In this document: piece by piece, positions 19,804 through 30,981 of the stretch | Position numbering within the stretch: the first letter of the stretch is position 1 | How the letters are laid out: every line of letters begins with the position of its first letter | Assembly: GCA_963727775.1 (NCBI GenBank) | Contig: CAVSHB010000002.1 | Coordinates: forward strand, 672,001-736,000 | Origin: an uncultured Nitrospiraceae bacterium | Lineage (GTDB): Bacteria > Nitrospirota > Thermodesulfovibrionia > Thermodesulfovibrionales > SM23-35 | DNA length: 64,000 bases | Direction: 5' to 3' | Position numbers and translations under genes: made by a program | The notes under the pieces: model-generated | Told to the model about the DNA's origin: nothing | The model's input: the letters and a program-made list of their open reading frames with translations, nothing else | Databases searched by the model: none

Positions 19804-20169
19804 ATGATAAAAACCTTTCTGTCTGTGCTTTTCCCCTGTATTTTCTTGGTCGTCGTAAGTGGATGCAGTTCACTTAACATGAAGAATGAAACAGATGTAA
19901 CAATGGCTCCGTCCAAGCTTCATGAAGAGTGTATGGAATTAGCGCCGCATGATGTTTTATTTTATTCGTTTAAAGCTTCAGACCCTGTCGATTTTAATGT
20001 TCATTGCCATGAGAGTGGAAACATTATTTGCCCTATTTCTCAGAAAAATACCGCCGGGGAAGAAGGTAAATTTTATGCCGATAAAGAACAATATTATTGC
20101 CTCATGTGGACCAATATCCAGACAAAACCGGTCCGTATTACCTATAAATTCAGGGTGGAGAAAAGGTAA
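19804..20169 (+). CDS. Hypothetical lipoprotein
   Basis: RBS AAGGAGGTG; lipobox VVSG-C; DFNVHCH and YYCLMWTN. Confidence 0.75.
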   Translation: MIKTFLSVLFPCIFLVVVSGCSSLNMKNETDVTMAPSKLHEECMELAPHDVLFYSFKASDPVDFNVHCHESGNIICPISQKNTAGEEGKFYADKEQYYCLMWTNIQTKPVRITYKFRVEKR

Positions 20170-20187
20170 TGATATCGTATTTTACCA

Positions 20188-20216
20188 TTGACAAATTATC
20201 TTGTCGGTACTAAATT
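20188..20216 (+). promoter_or_regulatory. Sigma-70 promoter of the kdp leader
   Basis: TTGACA-N17-TAAATT immediately before the riboswitch. Confidence 0.7.
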
Positions 20217-20223
20217 AGAAATC

Positions 20224-20366
20224 AATAGCAGCCGAGATCCATTCAAGGAATGGATACGGGGGACCCAATATTTGGGGCGTATTCCCCGGGAATACCCGGG
20301 GATAGGGCACTTCCAGGCCCGAGTCCGACAGCTAACCTCGTAGGCGTTTGGAAGGGCAAGAGGCTG
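20224..20366 (+). ncRNA. c-di-AMP (ydaO/yuaA) riboswitch
   Basis: GCCGAGATCC..GGATACGGGGGACC..TTTGGGGCG..TAGGG..CCCGAGTCCGACAGCTAACCTCGTAGGCGTT hallmark blocks; upstream of a K+ pump. Confidence 0.92.
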
Positions 20367-20372
20367 AAAATG

Positions 20373-20405
20373 AAACCGCCGTCTGCCGGCGGTTTTTTAT
20401 TTTTT
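20373..20405 (+). terminator. Riboswitch expression-platform terminator
   Basis: AAACCGCCG-TCTGC-CGGCGGTTT followed by a T tract. Confidence 0.85.
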
Positions 20406-20514
20406 GTCTTGCCCCTCTCGAAAGGAGGATATATGCAGGTCAAAGGAAATCCCATTTAAAAACATCGAAACATGCGCTATTATTTTCTCAAGAGAGTATT
20501 TTTTGGAGGTATTC

Positions 20515-22311
20515 ATGCAGAACACTGATATATTTCTTGATATTTTACAAATCTCAACGCTTCTCGCCTTAGTAACTGTTTTGACCAGGCCCTTTGGTAG
20601 TTACATGGCGAAAGTCTATCAGGGGGAGCGCACAATATTAAGTCCGCTTTTAGGTCTATTGGAAAACGGGCTTTACCGTGTGACCGGCATCGACAAGGAT
20701 GCCGAAATGGACTGGAAACAGTATGCTGTTGCGATGCTCGTTTTTAATTTTATAGGGATGGCGGCGACCTTTGCCATCCTTATGCTGCAAGCATATCTGC
20801 CTCTCAATCCCCATAAATTTCCCGGTTTTTCCTGGGACCTTGCGCTTAACACTGCAGTGAGCTTTACTACCAATACCAACTGGCAGGCATACAGCGGGGA
20901 ATCCTCAGCCGGCTATTTTTCCCAGGTAATAGGCTTGATGGTGCATCAGTTTCTCTCGGCCGCAACTGGAATGGCTATCCTCATTGCCTTTGTCCGCGGT
21001 TTTGTCCGCCGGACAGCGGAGACCATAGGCAACTTTTGGGTTGACTTAACCCGGACTGTCCTTTACATCCTGTTGCCCATAGCTTTTATAGCGGCACTGG
21101 TGTTGGTTTCACAGGGCGTCATCCAGAACTTCAGCCCCTATAAAAGCGTTTCCCTGCTACAGTCGACCAGCTATGAAAAGCCGAAACTCGGTTCAAACGG
21201 CAACCAGTTCAAGGACGCAGGCGGAAATCTGATAACCGAGACGGTAGTTGTAAAAGAACAGGTATTACCGATGGGTCCGGTCGCCTCACAGGAGGCGATT
21301 AAGGAATTTGGGACAAACGGCGGAGGATTTTTTAATGCCAACTCGGCCCACCCCTATGAAAATCCGACGCCATTCACCAACTTTTTCGAAATCTTTTTGA
21401 TTTTAATGATCCCTGCTGCCCTGACATACACTTTCGGTAGAATGGTCGGCAATACAAAGCAGGGATGGGCTCTTTTCATGGCCATGCTTATCATTTTTGT
21501 CTTCGCCCTCGGCTGCCTGTATTGGACTGAATACAGCGGCAATCCTCTGGTGCAGAAACTTGGGGTCAGCGGATACAATATGGAAGGCAAAGAAGTGCGC
21601 TTCGGCCTTGGCGGATCTGTTTTATTTTCAACTTCAACCACTGCTACCTCATGTGGGGCGGTCAATAATATGCACGACTCATTGACTCCTCTCGGCGGGA
21701 TGGTCCCTCTGATGCTCATACTCTTAAGCGAAGTTGTTTTCGGAGGGGTCGGCTCAGGCCTTTACAGCATGCTCGCTTTTGTTGTGATAGCGGTGTTCTC
21801 AGCCGGGCTCATGATCGGCCGGATTCCCGAGTATCTTGGAAAGAAAATCGAGGTGACCGAAATGTGGATGTCCGTCATTACGGTCCTTACTGCAGGAGTC
21901 GTTATCCTGGTGCTTGTTTCCGTAGCACTGATTATCCCTGCAGGGGTGAGTTCCACAGCAAACCCGGGTCCTCACGGTCTGACCGAAATACTCTATGCCT
22001 TTGCCTCTCCAGCCAACAACAACGGCAGCGCCTTTGCCGGGCTGAATGCCAATACAGTGTTCTATAACCTGATGACGTCGTTGGCCATGATCGTAGGAAG
22101 ATTTGCTCCGGCTATCGCAGTGCTTGCCATGGCAGGCTCGCTGGTTAAGAAGAAGTACGTTCCACCCAGTAAAGGAACGCTCCCGACCCATCAGCTGCCC
22201 TTCATATTCTGGCTCATCGCAGTTGTACTGATTGTAGGTGCTTTGACTTTCTTCCCCGCTCTCGCACTCGGGCCAATTGTTGAGCATATGATCATGCGGG
22301 GAGGTGTTTAG
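20515..22311 (+). CDS. kdpA: K+-transporting ATPase subunit A
   Basis: [39 protein letters not shown]; start at ATG 20515 after GGAGGT. Confidence 0.97.
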   Translation: MQNTDIFLDILQISTLLALVTVLTRPFGSYMAKVYQGERTILSPLLGLLENGLYRVTGIDKDAEMDWKQYAVAMLVFNFIGMAATFAILMLQAYLPLNPHKFPGFSWDLALNTAVSFTTNTNWQAYSGESSAGYFSQVIGLMVHQFLSAATGMAILIAFVRGFVRRTAETIGNFWVDLTRTVLYILLPIAFIAALVLVSQGVIQNFSPYKSVSLLQSTSYEKPKLGSNGNQFKDAGGNLITETVVVKEQVLPMGPVASQEAIKEFGTNGGGFFNANSAHPYENPTPFTNFFEIFLILMIPAALTYTFGRMVGNTKQGWALFMAMLIIFVFALGCLYWTEYSGNPLVQKLGVSGYNMEGKEVRFGLGGSVLFSTSTTATSCGAVNNMHDSLTPLGGMVPLMLILLSEVVFGGVGSGLYSMLAFVVIAVFSAGLMIGRIPEYLGKKIEVTEMWMSVITVLTAGVVILVLVSVALIIPAGVSSTANPGPHGLTEILYAFASPANNNGSAFAGLNANTVFYNLMTSLAMIVGRFAPAIAVLAMAGSLVKKKYVPPSKGTLPTHQLPFIFWLIAVVLIVGALTFFPALALGPIVEHMIMRGGV

Positions 22312-22313
22312 TC

Positions 22314-24380
22314 GTGGCGAACCCTGTTAAGAAGAACAGAGGAATATTTGATCCGAAACTTCTAAAAACGGCGCTTATAGATTCCCTTAAAAAACTTGAC
22401 CCCCGCGCGCTCTGGCGGAACCCTGTCATGCTGTCGGTTGAAGTGGGCAGTGTGATTACCACAATCAATTTTGCTTTTAATGCGGTCACGGGGAAAGGAG
22501 AACCTGCCTGGTTTACGGGAATTGTATCCCTGTGGCTCTGGCTCACCGTCATCTTTGCCACGTTTGCAGAATCATTGGCAGAGGGTCGCGGAAAGGCGCG
22601 GGCCGAGTCCATGAGGAAAACACGTACGGAAATAACGGCGAAAAAGCTGAAAAAGCCTGACCTTGGAGGGATGTATGAACTTGTCCCCTCTGCTCAACTC
22701 CGCAAAGGAGATTTTATATTAGTGGAGACGAATGATTTGATCGCCGGCGATGGTGAAGTAGTTGCAGGCGCTGCTCTCGTAAACGAAGCCGCTGTCACGG
22801 GTGAATCTGCACCGGTGGTGAGGGAATCGGGAGGGGACCGCAGCGCGGTGACGGGCGGCACCCAGGTAATAGCGAACAGTATCATTGTACGCATCACGGC
22901 AAATCCCGGCGAGACCTTTCTTGATCGGATGATTGCGATGGTGGAAGGGGCGAAGCGCCGGAAGACTCCTAATGAGATCGCTTTAGAAGTGCTACTGATT
23001 GCTTTGACGGTTGTCTTCTTTCTGGTGGTGCTCAATCTCAGCCCATTGTCGATTTACAGCGTAAAGGCGATGGGGCAAGGACAGCCGGTGACATTGGTGG
23101 TACTGGTCTCCTTGTTTGTCTGTTTAATACCGACAACAATTGCAGCCCTGCTGCCCGCCATCGGCATTGCAGGAATGGACCGGTTGTTCCAGAAAAACGT
23201 CATAGCCCTCTCCGGAAGGGCAATTGAGGCTGCCGGCGATGTGAACGTGCTGCTATTGGATAAGACCGGAACCATCACGTTAGGTAACCGGCAGGCAGTC
23301 GCTTTTATCCCGGTGTCAGGCCACTCTGAAAAGGAAGTGGCTGAGGCTGCACTGATGGCTTCATTGACTGATGAGACTCCCGAAGGGCGGAGTATCGTCG
23401 TACTCGCCAAGCAGAAATACGACCTCCGCGTGCGGGAACTCCCGCAGAATGCCGAGACAATCCCTTTCAGCGCTGTGACGAGGATAAGCGGGGTAAATGT
23501 GGATGATCGAGCCTACCGTAAGGGCGCTTCCGATGCGATCATACACTTTGTTGAAAGCAGTGGAGGAAAAATTCCGCCGGATCTTGATGGTCGGGTGACG
23601 GAAATCGCCAGGGCGGGAGGAACGCCGCTTATTGCCAGCCGTGATAACGAAATCCTAGGTGTCATAAATCTCAAGGACATTCTAAAAGGGGGGATACGTG
23701 AACGCTTTCTGCAGTTGCGCAGCATGGGGATCAAGACCGTAATGATCACCGGGGACAATCCATTGACCGCAGCGGCCATTGCGACGGAAGCTCAGGTCGA
23801 TGACTTTTTGGCCCAGGCAAAGCCCGAAGACAAGCTCAAGCTCATCCGGGAGAATCAGCAGCAGGGTTATATGGTCGCGATGACCGGTGACGGCACCAAC
23901 GATGCCCCTGCCCTTGCCCAGGCTGACGTCGCGGTAGCAATGAACACCGGGACACAACCTGCACGGGAGGCAGCAAATATCATCGACTTGGACAGTAATC
24001 CGACAAAGCTGTTGGATATAGTCGAAATCGGGAAGCAGATCCTTATGACGCGGGGCACACTGACTACCTTCAGCATCGCAAACGATGTGGCGAAATACTT
24101 CGCTATTATTCCCGCTGCCTTCGTTTCCATTTACCCGCAATTGGAGATTCTCAATATCATGCACCTTGCCAACCCTTACAGCGCCATCCTTTCTGCTGTT
24201 ATTTTTAATGCGATCATAATCCCTCTGCTGGTGCCGCTCGCACTTAAAGGAACGCGTTACCGTCCGATGCCTGCGGAAAGGTTGCTGATCTACAACTTGC
24301 TTGTTTATGGGCTGGGAGGGCTTTTGGTGCCCTTTGTCGGCATCAAGTTAATTGATGTTCTGATAAATGTCTTAATTTGA
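22314..24380 (+). CDS. kdpB: K+-transporting ATPase subunit B
   Basis: [27 protein letters not shown]. Confidence 0.98.
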   Translation: MANPVKKNRGIFDPKLLKTALIDSLKKLDPRALWRNPVMLSVEVGSVITTINFAFNAVTGKGEPAWFTGIVSLWLWLTVIFATFAESLAEGRGKARAESMRKTRTEITAKKLKKPDLGGMYELVPSAQLRKGDFILVETNDLIAGDGEVVAGAALVNEAAVTGESAPVVRESGGDRSAVTGGTQVIANSIIVRITANPGETFLDRMIAMVEGAKRRKTPNEIALEVLLIALTVVFFLVVLNLSPLSIYSVKAMGQGQPVTLVVLVSLFVCLIPTTIAALLPAIGIAGMDRLFQKNVIALSGRAIEAAGDVNVLLLDKTGTITLGNRQAVAFIPVSGHSEKEVAEAALMASLTDETPEGRSIVVLAKQKYDLRVRELPQNAETIPFSAVTRISGVNVDDRAYRKGASDAIIHFVESSGGKIPPDLDGRVTEIARAGGTPLIASRDNEILGVINLKDILKGGIRERFLQLRSMGIKTVMITGDNPLTAAAIATEAQVDDFLAQAKPEDKLKLIRENQQQGYMVAMTGDGTNDAPALAQADVAVAMNTGTQPAREAANIIDLDSNPTKLLDIVEIGKQILMTRGTLTTFSIANDVAKYFAIIPAAFVSIYPQLEILNIMHLANPYSAILSAVIFNAIIIPLLVPLALKGTRYRPMPAERLLIYNLLVYGLGGLLVPFVGIKLIDVLINVLI

Positions 24381-24394
24381 TACAGGAGGCTATC

Positions 24395-24958
24395 ATGAAA
24401 GAAATAAAAAGAGCTGTATTGCTGTTCATTGCATTGTCTATACTGACCGGAGTTTTCTATCCGATGGCGGTAACAGTTCTTGCTCAGATCATTTTTCCGG
24501 AACAAGCGTCGGGGAGTCTCATATATAAAAACGACGGTAAGCCGGTAGGATCTATATTTATCGGCCAGCCTTTTTCCGACCCGAAATATTTCTGGTCCCG
24601 GCCTTCGGCAACGGCTGATTTCCCATACAATGCCTTGGCATCAGGCGGGTCCAACTTGGGGCCTACAAATAAGGACCTCATAAGTCAGATTGCACAGAGG
24701 GTTAAATCTTTTCAGGAATCGGCCATCAAAGTCCCATTACCGTCCGATCTGGTGACGGCTTCCGGCAGTGGGCTTGACCCGCACATCAGCGCGGCAGGAG
24801 CCGTATTGCAAGTACCCCGGATTGCACGGACCCGCAATATGCCGGCAAAGAAGATTAATGCTTTAGTGCGAAACCATCTTGAAGGCAGGCAGTTAGGCTT
24901 TATCGGTGCGGAAAGAGTTAATGTATTAAAGTTGAATCTCGCACTGGACGCCCTATAA
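24395..24958 (+). CDS. kdpC: K+-transporting ATPase subunit C
   Basis: YFWSRPSA, DLVTASGSGLDPHIS, VNVLKLNLALD. Confidence 0.97.
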   Translation: MKEIKRAVLLFIALSILTGVFYPMAVTVLAQIIFPEQASGSLIYKNDGKPVGSIFIGQPFSDPKYFWSRPSATADFPYNALASGGSNLGPTNKDLISQIAQRVKSFQESAIKVPLPSDLVTASGSGLDPHISAAGAVLQVPRIARTRNMPAKKINALVRNHLEGRQLGFIGAERVNVLKLNLALDAL

Positions 24959-24964
24959 AAAAAT

Positions 24965-26899
24965 ATGGACGAGGAAGAATATAAAAGACCTTCACCTGAA
25001 GCGCTGCTTGAAGTTGCCTATGAAACGGAGACCTCCGAAAAACGGGGAAAACTGACCATCTATTTCGGCTCAGCGCCCGGCGTCGGGAAAACTTATGCCA
25101 TGCTCACCGACGCAAGGGCCAGGAAACGGGAAGGGACTGACGTAGCGGTTGGATACGTCGAGACCCACGGACGGTCGGAAACCGATGCCTTACTGGAGGG
25201 GCTGGAGATCATTCCTCCTCTCGTTATCAATTACATGGGCGTAAAACTCAGAGAAGTCGATTTAGAGAAAGTCCTGGCGCGCAAGCCTAAACTGGTTTTG
25301 ATAGATGAGCTCGCCCATACCGACGCCCCCGGCCTTCGCAATGCAAAGCGCTATCAGGATGTTGAAGAAATATTGAATGCGGGGATAGATGTCTATACGA
25401 CCATAAATGTGCAGCATATCGAAAGTCTTAATGATATTGTTTTCCAGATAACCAATATCCGAATGCGGGAGACCGTGCCCGATACAATCTTCGAAGCAGC
25501 GTATGAAATCAAGCTGATCGATCTGCCGCCGGAGGAGCTGATTAAACGACTTCATGAAGGGAAGGTCTACACCAAAGACATGGCAAAGAGCGCAGTGCAC
25601 AAGTTTTTCCGACCCGGCAACCTGCTTGCACTCCGACAACTGGCTTTGCGGGCGGTGGCGGGCAGTGTTGACGAGAAGATGCGCAGTTACATGCAGGCCC
25701 ATGCCATAGCAGGACCCTGGCCGGTAAAAGAGCGTGTGCTCGCGGGGATATTTGCAAGTCCTTACGCGGAGAAATTAGTCCGCTCTGCATTCAGGCTTGC
25801 AAGCGAGCTCGATGCGGAATGGATCGCTTTCTATGTGGAAACGGGAATGCATAAAAAACTTTCCGAGCAGGAAAAAGAGTGGCTGAATAAAGCATTGGAC
25901 CTCGCGAGAAAACTGGGAGCGCGGGTAGTCTGGATTAAAGGGGATGACGTGACAGAGACATTGTCTGTTTATGCGCGTGATCACAACATTACAAAGATTG
26001 TTATAGGGAAGCCCCGCCGGTTCTGGCTTCTGCAATCGATCCCCAGAAAACTGCTGACCAGGACACCCGATATTGATATCTACTTGCTTGACGCAAAGAC
26101 CGAATCCAAGCTCGCGCCCAAGAAGAGAATGACTTTTTCCCGACCGTTGAACTATATCGCAGGTGTCCTCGCCGTCGGCATTGTTTCACTTGTAGCTTTT
26201 TTCCTGCGCAACAGTCTTAATCAGATCAACTTGCTGTTTTTATTTTTATTGCCGGTTGTTTTGAGTGCTCTCTATTTAGGCAGGGGGCCGTCCATCCTGG
26301 CCGCGGTAATGAGCATCCTGTCTTTTGACTATCTGTTTGTCCCGCCTTTCTTCAGTTTTGCCGTTTCAGACTTTACATATTTTCTTTCATACGTTGTGTA
26401 TATCGTGGTTGTTGTTGTGATCAGCAATCTTGCGATGCGCCTGCGCGGTAAAGTTGAAATGCTCAGGCAGAGTGAAATCAAGAGCACTGCTCTATACGGG
26501 TTGAGCAGGGATTTGGTTACCGCGCAGAATATAGAACAAATCCTGTCCATGCTTGTCCGCCATACCACACAAATATTCCCTTGCGAAATGGCGATCTTCC
26601 TGCCGTCTGATGAAAACCTGGCAGTTAAAGCAAAGACCACGGATTTTGAAGTGACCCCAAAGGTGCTTGGAGTAGCATCATGGGTTTTGATCAACAGACA
26701 ACCGGCAGGACGCGGCACCAATACATTGCCTGAATCCAAAGCATTTTATCTGCCTGTTATGACGGCAAACAAAGTTGTCGGCGTAGTAGGATTCGACTTT
26801 AAGAAAAGCGAACAGATAATGAACCCTGAGAACCAGGTAGCTCTTGAGACCATTGCCCGGCTTGCTGCAATGGCGATGGAAAGGATCAGAGTCGAATAG
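24965..26899 (+). CDS. kdpD: KdpD lacking the histidine-kinase transmitter (KdpD/ASK, Usp, 4 TM, GAF only)
   Basis: GSAPGVGKTYAML, LIDELAHT; stops after GAF (AMAMERIRVE*); no H-box or G-boxes. Confidence 0.9.
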   Translation: MDEEEYKRPSPEALLEVAYETETSEKRGKLTIYFGSAPGVGKTYAMLTDARARKREGTDVAVGYVETHGRSETDALLEGLEIIPPLVINYMGVKLREVDLEKVLARKPKLVLIDELAHTDAPGLRNAKRYQDVEEILNAGIDVYTTINVQHIESLNDIVFQITNIRMRETVPDTIFEAAYEIKLIDLPPEELIKRLHEGKVYTKDMAKSAVHKFFRPGNLLALRQLALRAVAGSVDEKMRSYMQAHAIAGPWPVKERVLAGIFASPYAEKLVRSAFRLASELDAEWIAFYVETGMHKKLSEQEKEWLNKALDLARKLGARVVWIKGDDVTETLSVYARDHNITKIVIGKPRRFWLLQSIPRKLLTRTPDIDIYLLDAKTESKLAPKKRMTFSRPLNYIAGVLAVGIVSLVAFFLRNSLNQINLLFLFLLPVVLSALYLGRGPSILAAVMSILSFDYLFVPPFFSFAVSDFTYFLSYVVYIVVVVVISNLAMRLRGKVEMLRQSEIKSTALYGLSRDLVTAQNIEQILSMLVRHTTQIFPCEMAIFLPSDENLAVKAKTTDFEVTPKVLGVASWVLINRQPAGRGTNTLPESKAFYLPVMTANKVVGVVGFDFKKSEQIMNPENQVALETIARLAAMAMERIRVE

Positions 26900-26906
26900 T
26901 ATTTTT

Positions 26907-28427
26907 CTACAACCCGGCCGGGGTGAAGAGCCCGTATTTTTTCATCTTGTATCCGATCTGTCGCGGTGTAAGGCCTATTATCCTCGCCGCTTTTGCCTGG
27001 ACCCAGCCTGTCTTTTCGAGAGCGTCGAGGATGCTCGATTTCTCGATATCCGCTATGCCGGCTTTCAGGGATTCCCGGTGCAGCATATCTTCATGTGAAG
27101 GCAATTTCAGATTTACCGGGAGATCTGAAGTCCTGATGATATTTTTGCCCGACATAACAACGAGCCTTTCCATGGTGTTTTCAAGTTCCCTGACATTACC
27201 GGGCCAGCCGTATTCCACGAGCACCTTTAACGCCTCCGGGGAGATAGACACGTCTTTTTTGTTTTCTTCGTTGAAATAGCTGAGGAAAAAATCTACCAGG
27301 AGCGGGATATCTTCTTTTCGTTCTCTAAGCGCGGGCATAAATATCGGCACGACATTCAGCCTGTAAAACAAATCTTCTCTGAATTTGCCCCTTAGAACAA
27401 GTTCATCAAGATTCCTGCTTGTTGCGGCGATAAGTCTTACGTCGACTTTAATTGTTTTTTCGCCGCCGACACGCTCAAATTCTCTCTCCTGTAATACTCG
27501 CAATATTTTCGGCTGAAGATTAAGCGGTAGGTCGCCGACTTCGTCAAGGAGTATGGTGCCTCCGTGCGCGAGCTCGAACCTGCCTTTTCTTACTGAAATG
27601 GCGCCGGTAAACGCGCCTTTCTCGTGACCGAAAAGTTCCGACTCGAGCAGCCCTTCCGGTATTGAAGCGCAATTGAATTTTACAAACGATTCTTTCGACC
27701 TGGGGCTCATGTAATGGACGGCCTTTGCGATCAATTCCTTTCCCGTCCCGCTTTCTCCGTATAAAATGACCGTTGCCTTTGAATCCGACACGCGATGGAC
27801 AGCCTCAAAGACCTCCTGCATTTTGTCTGAAGCCCCTATGATATTCGGAAGGCTGTACTTGCCTTTCAACTGTTGTTTAAGGTGTTCTTTTTCCTGTTCG
27901 GATTCCATATAGTGTTTCCAGAGGACCACATACTGGGCAATTATAGAGGCGATTATTTCCAGGACCCTGATGTCTTCATCGACTGTTATGGCCTTGTCTT
28001 TAAATATTCTGTCCGCGCTCAGGACGCCTATGGAATTCCCCTTAAAACTGATGGGGACGCACAGGAATGATATGCCGCTCTTTTTAATTCTCGATCCCGT
28101 CTTGTTGAGGAATAAGGGTTCCTGCCCCACATTCGGTATTACCACGGGGAGGCTGTTTTCCAGGACCCTGCCCACAATGCCTTCGCCTATTTTGTATTTC
28201 CCTCTTTCGATCTGTTCCTTGGTGAGGCCGTGGGCGGCGACGATCCTCAGTTCTTTTGTGTTCTGATCAAGAAGAAATACGGAACCCCTCTCCATTTCAA
28301 GGAAATCCCCGATAACGCGCATTGTGCGTGAAAGATTTTTTTCCAGTTCGAACGAAGAGTTCAGGACCCTGCTAACTTCGAGGAGGGCTGAAAGGATTCG
28401 ATTTTCTCTTGCGAGTGACTGTGCCAT
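26907..28427 (-). CDS. nifA: NifA-like sigma-54 activator (GAF, AAA+, HTH)
   Basis: [15 protein letters not shown]-terminal [20 protein letters not shown]. Confidence 0.75.
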   Translation of the reverse strand: MAQSLARENRILSALLEVSRVLNSSFELEKNLSRTMRVIGDFLEMERGSVFLLDQNTKELRIVAAHGLTKEQIERGKYKIGEGIVGRVLENSLPVVIPNVGQEPLFLNKTGSRIKKSGISFLCVPISFKGNSIGVLSADRIFKDKAITVDEDIRVLEIIASIIAQYVVLWKHYMESEQEKEHLKQQLKGKYSLPNIIGASDKMQEVFEAVHRVSDSKATVILYGESGTGKELIAKAVHYMSPRSKESFVKFNCASIPEGLLESELFGHEKGAFTGAISVRKGRFELAHGGTILLDEVGDLPLNLQPKILRVLQEREFERVGGEKTIKVDVRLIAATSRNLDELVLRGKFREDLFYRLNVVPIFMPALRERKEDIPLLVDFFLSYFNEENKKDVSISPEALKVLVEYGWPGNVRELENTMERLVVMSGKNIIRTSDLPVNLKLPSHEDMLHRESLKAGIADIEKSSILDALEKTGWVQAKAARIIGLTPRQIGYKMKKYGLFTPAGL

Positions 28428-28539
28428 AATTTATTTGTAAGGTTTCTCTCCAAAGAAATTCCAAAGGGTTCGAGGATGCACGGGTCCAAGGGTAAGCGGC
28501 TTTAATCGGACCCTTGACTTCTTGACCCATTGAGCCCGT

Positions 28540-30981
28540 CTAAATGTTTTCTGTCATTTCCCAAACGCCGCATGGACATATGCCGGCACAAAACCCGCAG
28601 CCGATGCATTTATCATCGTCTACGACATATTCGTATGATCCGCCCGCGTGCTCCACTCTGCTGATTGCGCCCCAATAACAAGTCGTCTCACACATATGGC
28701 AGTCTCTGCATGTAGCGCAGGACATGCATTTATTCGCTTCCTGTTCCGGGGTAAAATCTCCACTGCAGGCCTCATAGTATTCCGTCTTAATACGTTCATA
28801 GGGGATGACCTGTTTGATCTCGGGCCAGCGGGGCGCATGCATAAGCTGATAATGTATGGTTTCGGCAGTGGTCCTTCCCTGGCCGATAGCATGTGTTACC
28901 AATCCTAATCTGGTAGCATCGCCGATAGCGAAGACCTTTACGTCGGAAGTCTGTCCGATATCGTTTGAGTATATCCAGCCGCGTTCGGTATGGATGACCG
29001 GCGGAAGGAAGTCCAGTATCGGAACATCGCCCACGGACATGATCACAAAATCCGCATCGAGTGATGAACCGTCTTTAAAATAAAGCTTTTTCTCATTATG
29101 GTCATAGTGGTCGCTAAATTTCGGCCAGATGATCTGAGTGCCTTTTGCAACCGCCGTTTCCATTTCCTTACCGAAGGCCGCCGGTTTCTGTATGTCCACT
29201 GCGATAACCGATACGGCCCCGCAGTTATATGCCTGGGAGGCAACATCCATCCCGACATTACCCGCGCCTATGATGACAACCTTACTGTTTTTAAGCTCAG
29301 GGAGGTTGCCGATATTGATTCCTTTAAGGAAGTCATATGCCGATACTATATGTTCGGAGCCGGGGAATGGGAATATCCTCGGTTTATGCGCGCCGCATGC
29401 GACAATAATAATCTCGTGCTCTTTATATATCTCTTCAAATCTTTTCAGGTCTATTTTTGCATTCAGGTTTATGTCGACGCCTATCTCTTTAAACCTTGAA
29501 AGTTCTTTCTGGAGGACTTCCTGTGGCAATCTTTCCCTCGGTATACAGAGTTCAAGCTTCCCGCCGAGCTTGTCGGTCGCTTCATAGAGAGTAACAGCGT
29601 GACCTTTCAGGCCGAGTTGCCAGGCAGCGCTCAGACCTGCGGGTCCAGCGCCTATTACGGCAATTGTATGCCCCGTCGGTTCCGCTTTTTTAGGAGCAGG
29701 TAATTCAAGGGCGAGTCTGCCCAGTTTGTCTATGCTCAGGGGTTTATCCAGTTGGCCCCTTGTACAGCTCTGCATGCAAAGGTTCGGGCATATCTGACCG
29801 CATACAGTTGCAGGCAGCGGACTGTATTGCAATACCAACTCAAGGGCCTCTTGGAGTTTTCCCTGCCGTATCAGCGATGCCCTCTTATGAGAAGGTATAT
29901 GTGTGGGACAGCTGTAAGTGCAGGGCGGTGAATATTTTTCATTTGCCCATACGGGTTTATTTCTCCTGTCTTTCCCGGTTGTTATATACGGTAATACGGT
30001 AAGATCATGGCTCATGTATTCCGCGAAGATGCCGCCCTGTCCGACCCCTTTTTCCCAGTTGTTTTTTCTGAAATCCGAGGTGGACATACTGAACCATTTT
30101 CTTGCCTTTTTCTCCTGTGGCGTGTACGCAATGAATTTCTTCCAGTCGCCCGAGGAGCGCGTAAGTTCATTATGGTATGACAGCCTGTCAACGGCCTCAA
30201 GAAAAGGCTTCATGTTTGTAGTGAGCCATTCCCAATCCTGTGGTGTTAGCTCAAGCAGGTTGACATCTTTGTCACTGTATTCCTGGATCGGACCCCTGAA
30301 ATAGATCGTTCCGCCCACCATGCCGACGCATGGACGATATCCGAGGATGCTCTTCGGGTTCCTCGGGTCAACGCCGCAGACGACCGCAATGCCGCCAGCC
30401 TTGAATTCCGCAAATGAGTCGCCGACATTTCTGAAATACCATGACTGCGGGGGATCGAACCTTGGATTGTGCTTTGTCATCGTATCGCATCGGGCGCCGC
30501 CACTGCCCTGAACATAGAGTGTTCCCTGGGCGGCGGCGTTAAACGCGCCGTTTGTGACGTCGCCTAAAACCGTTATCTTTGCGCCGCAGTTGATCCAGCC
30601 TATATCGTCTGAGGCACTTCCTTTTACGATAATCTCAGTGCCGTCCATCCCCATGCTTCCAAGCCGCTGGCCGGCAGGCCCTTCAACCGTAATTTTTACG
30701 GTTTCGCCCCTCGGCCAGATCCTGCCGCCAATCCCGTGCTGGCCGTCCGAAATCACATGCAGTTCCCTGTTGCCGTCCTGGACAGCCTGCTGTATCTGTT
30801 CTTCAAGTATCCGCGAAGGGACGCGCGCCCCCTTTACAATTCCGCGAAGGGTTACAATGCTGGAGGAGCCCACATCCTCTACGTGCTTCTTTTTAATGGC
30901 TGGAAGTGCAGGGGAGGTTTTTATTTTTTTATTCCTGACTACCGATTTCTGTCTGCTGTTTGCTGTTTTCTTAGCACGCAT
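28540..30981 (-). CDS. Glutamate synthase subunit: GXGXG domain fused to GltD-like FAD oxidoreductase and 4Fe-4S domain
   Basis: GDSFAEFKAGG, CGQICPNLC, GAGPAG, CIGCGFCAGICP. Confidence 0.88.
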   Translation of the reverse strand: MRAKKTANSRQKSVVRNKKIKTSPALPAIKKKHVEDVGSSSIVTLRGIVKGARVPSRILEEQIQQAVQDGNRELHVISDGQHGIGGRIWPRGETVKITVEGPAGQRLGSMGMDGTEIIVKGSASDDIGWINCGAKITVLGDVTNGAFNAAAQGTLYVQGSGGARCDTMTKHNPRFDPPQSWYFRNVGDSFAEFKAGGIAVVCGVDPRNPKSILGYRPCVGMVGGTIYFRGPIQEYSDKDVNLLELTPQDWEWLTTNMKPFLEAVDRLSYHNELTRSSGDWKKFIAYTPQEKKARKWFSMSTSDFRKNNWEKGVGQGGIFAEYMSHDLTVLPYITTGKDRRNKPVWANEKYSPPCTYSCPTHIPSHKRASLIRQGKLQEALELVLQYSPLPATVCGQICPNLCMQSCTRGQLDKPLSIDKLGRLALELPAPKKAEPTGHTIAVIGAGPAGLSAAWQLGLKGHAVTLYEATDKLGGKLELCIPRERLPQEVLQKELSRFKEIGVDINLNAKIDLKRFEEIYKEHEIIIVACGAHKPRIFPFPGSEHIVSAYDFLKGINIGNLPELKNSKVVIIGAGNVGMDVASQAYNCGAVSVIAVDIQKPAAFGKEMETAVAKGTQIIWPKFSDHYDHNEKKLYFKDGSSLDADFVIMSVGDVPILDFLPPVIHTERGWIYSNDIGQTSDVKVFAIGDATRLGLVTHAIGQGRTTAETIHYQLMHAPRWPEIKQVIPYERIKTEYYEACSGDFTPEQEANKCMSCATCRDCHMCETTCYWGAISRVEHAGGSYEYVVDDDKCIGCGFCAGICPCGVWEMTENI

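Noticed and set aside
20250..20572. ORFs over the kdp leader and the 20404 start for kdpA
   Set aside because: They overlap the riboswitch and terminator; the RBS supports ATG 20515.
28460..28480. GGTTCGA as a tRNA T-loop
   Set aside because: No cloverleaf can be formed; it is part of the 8-mer repeat tract.
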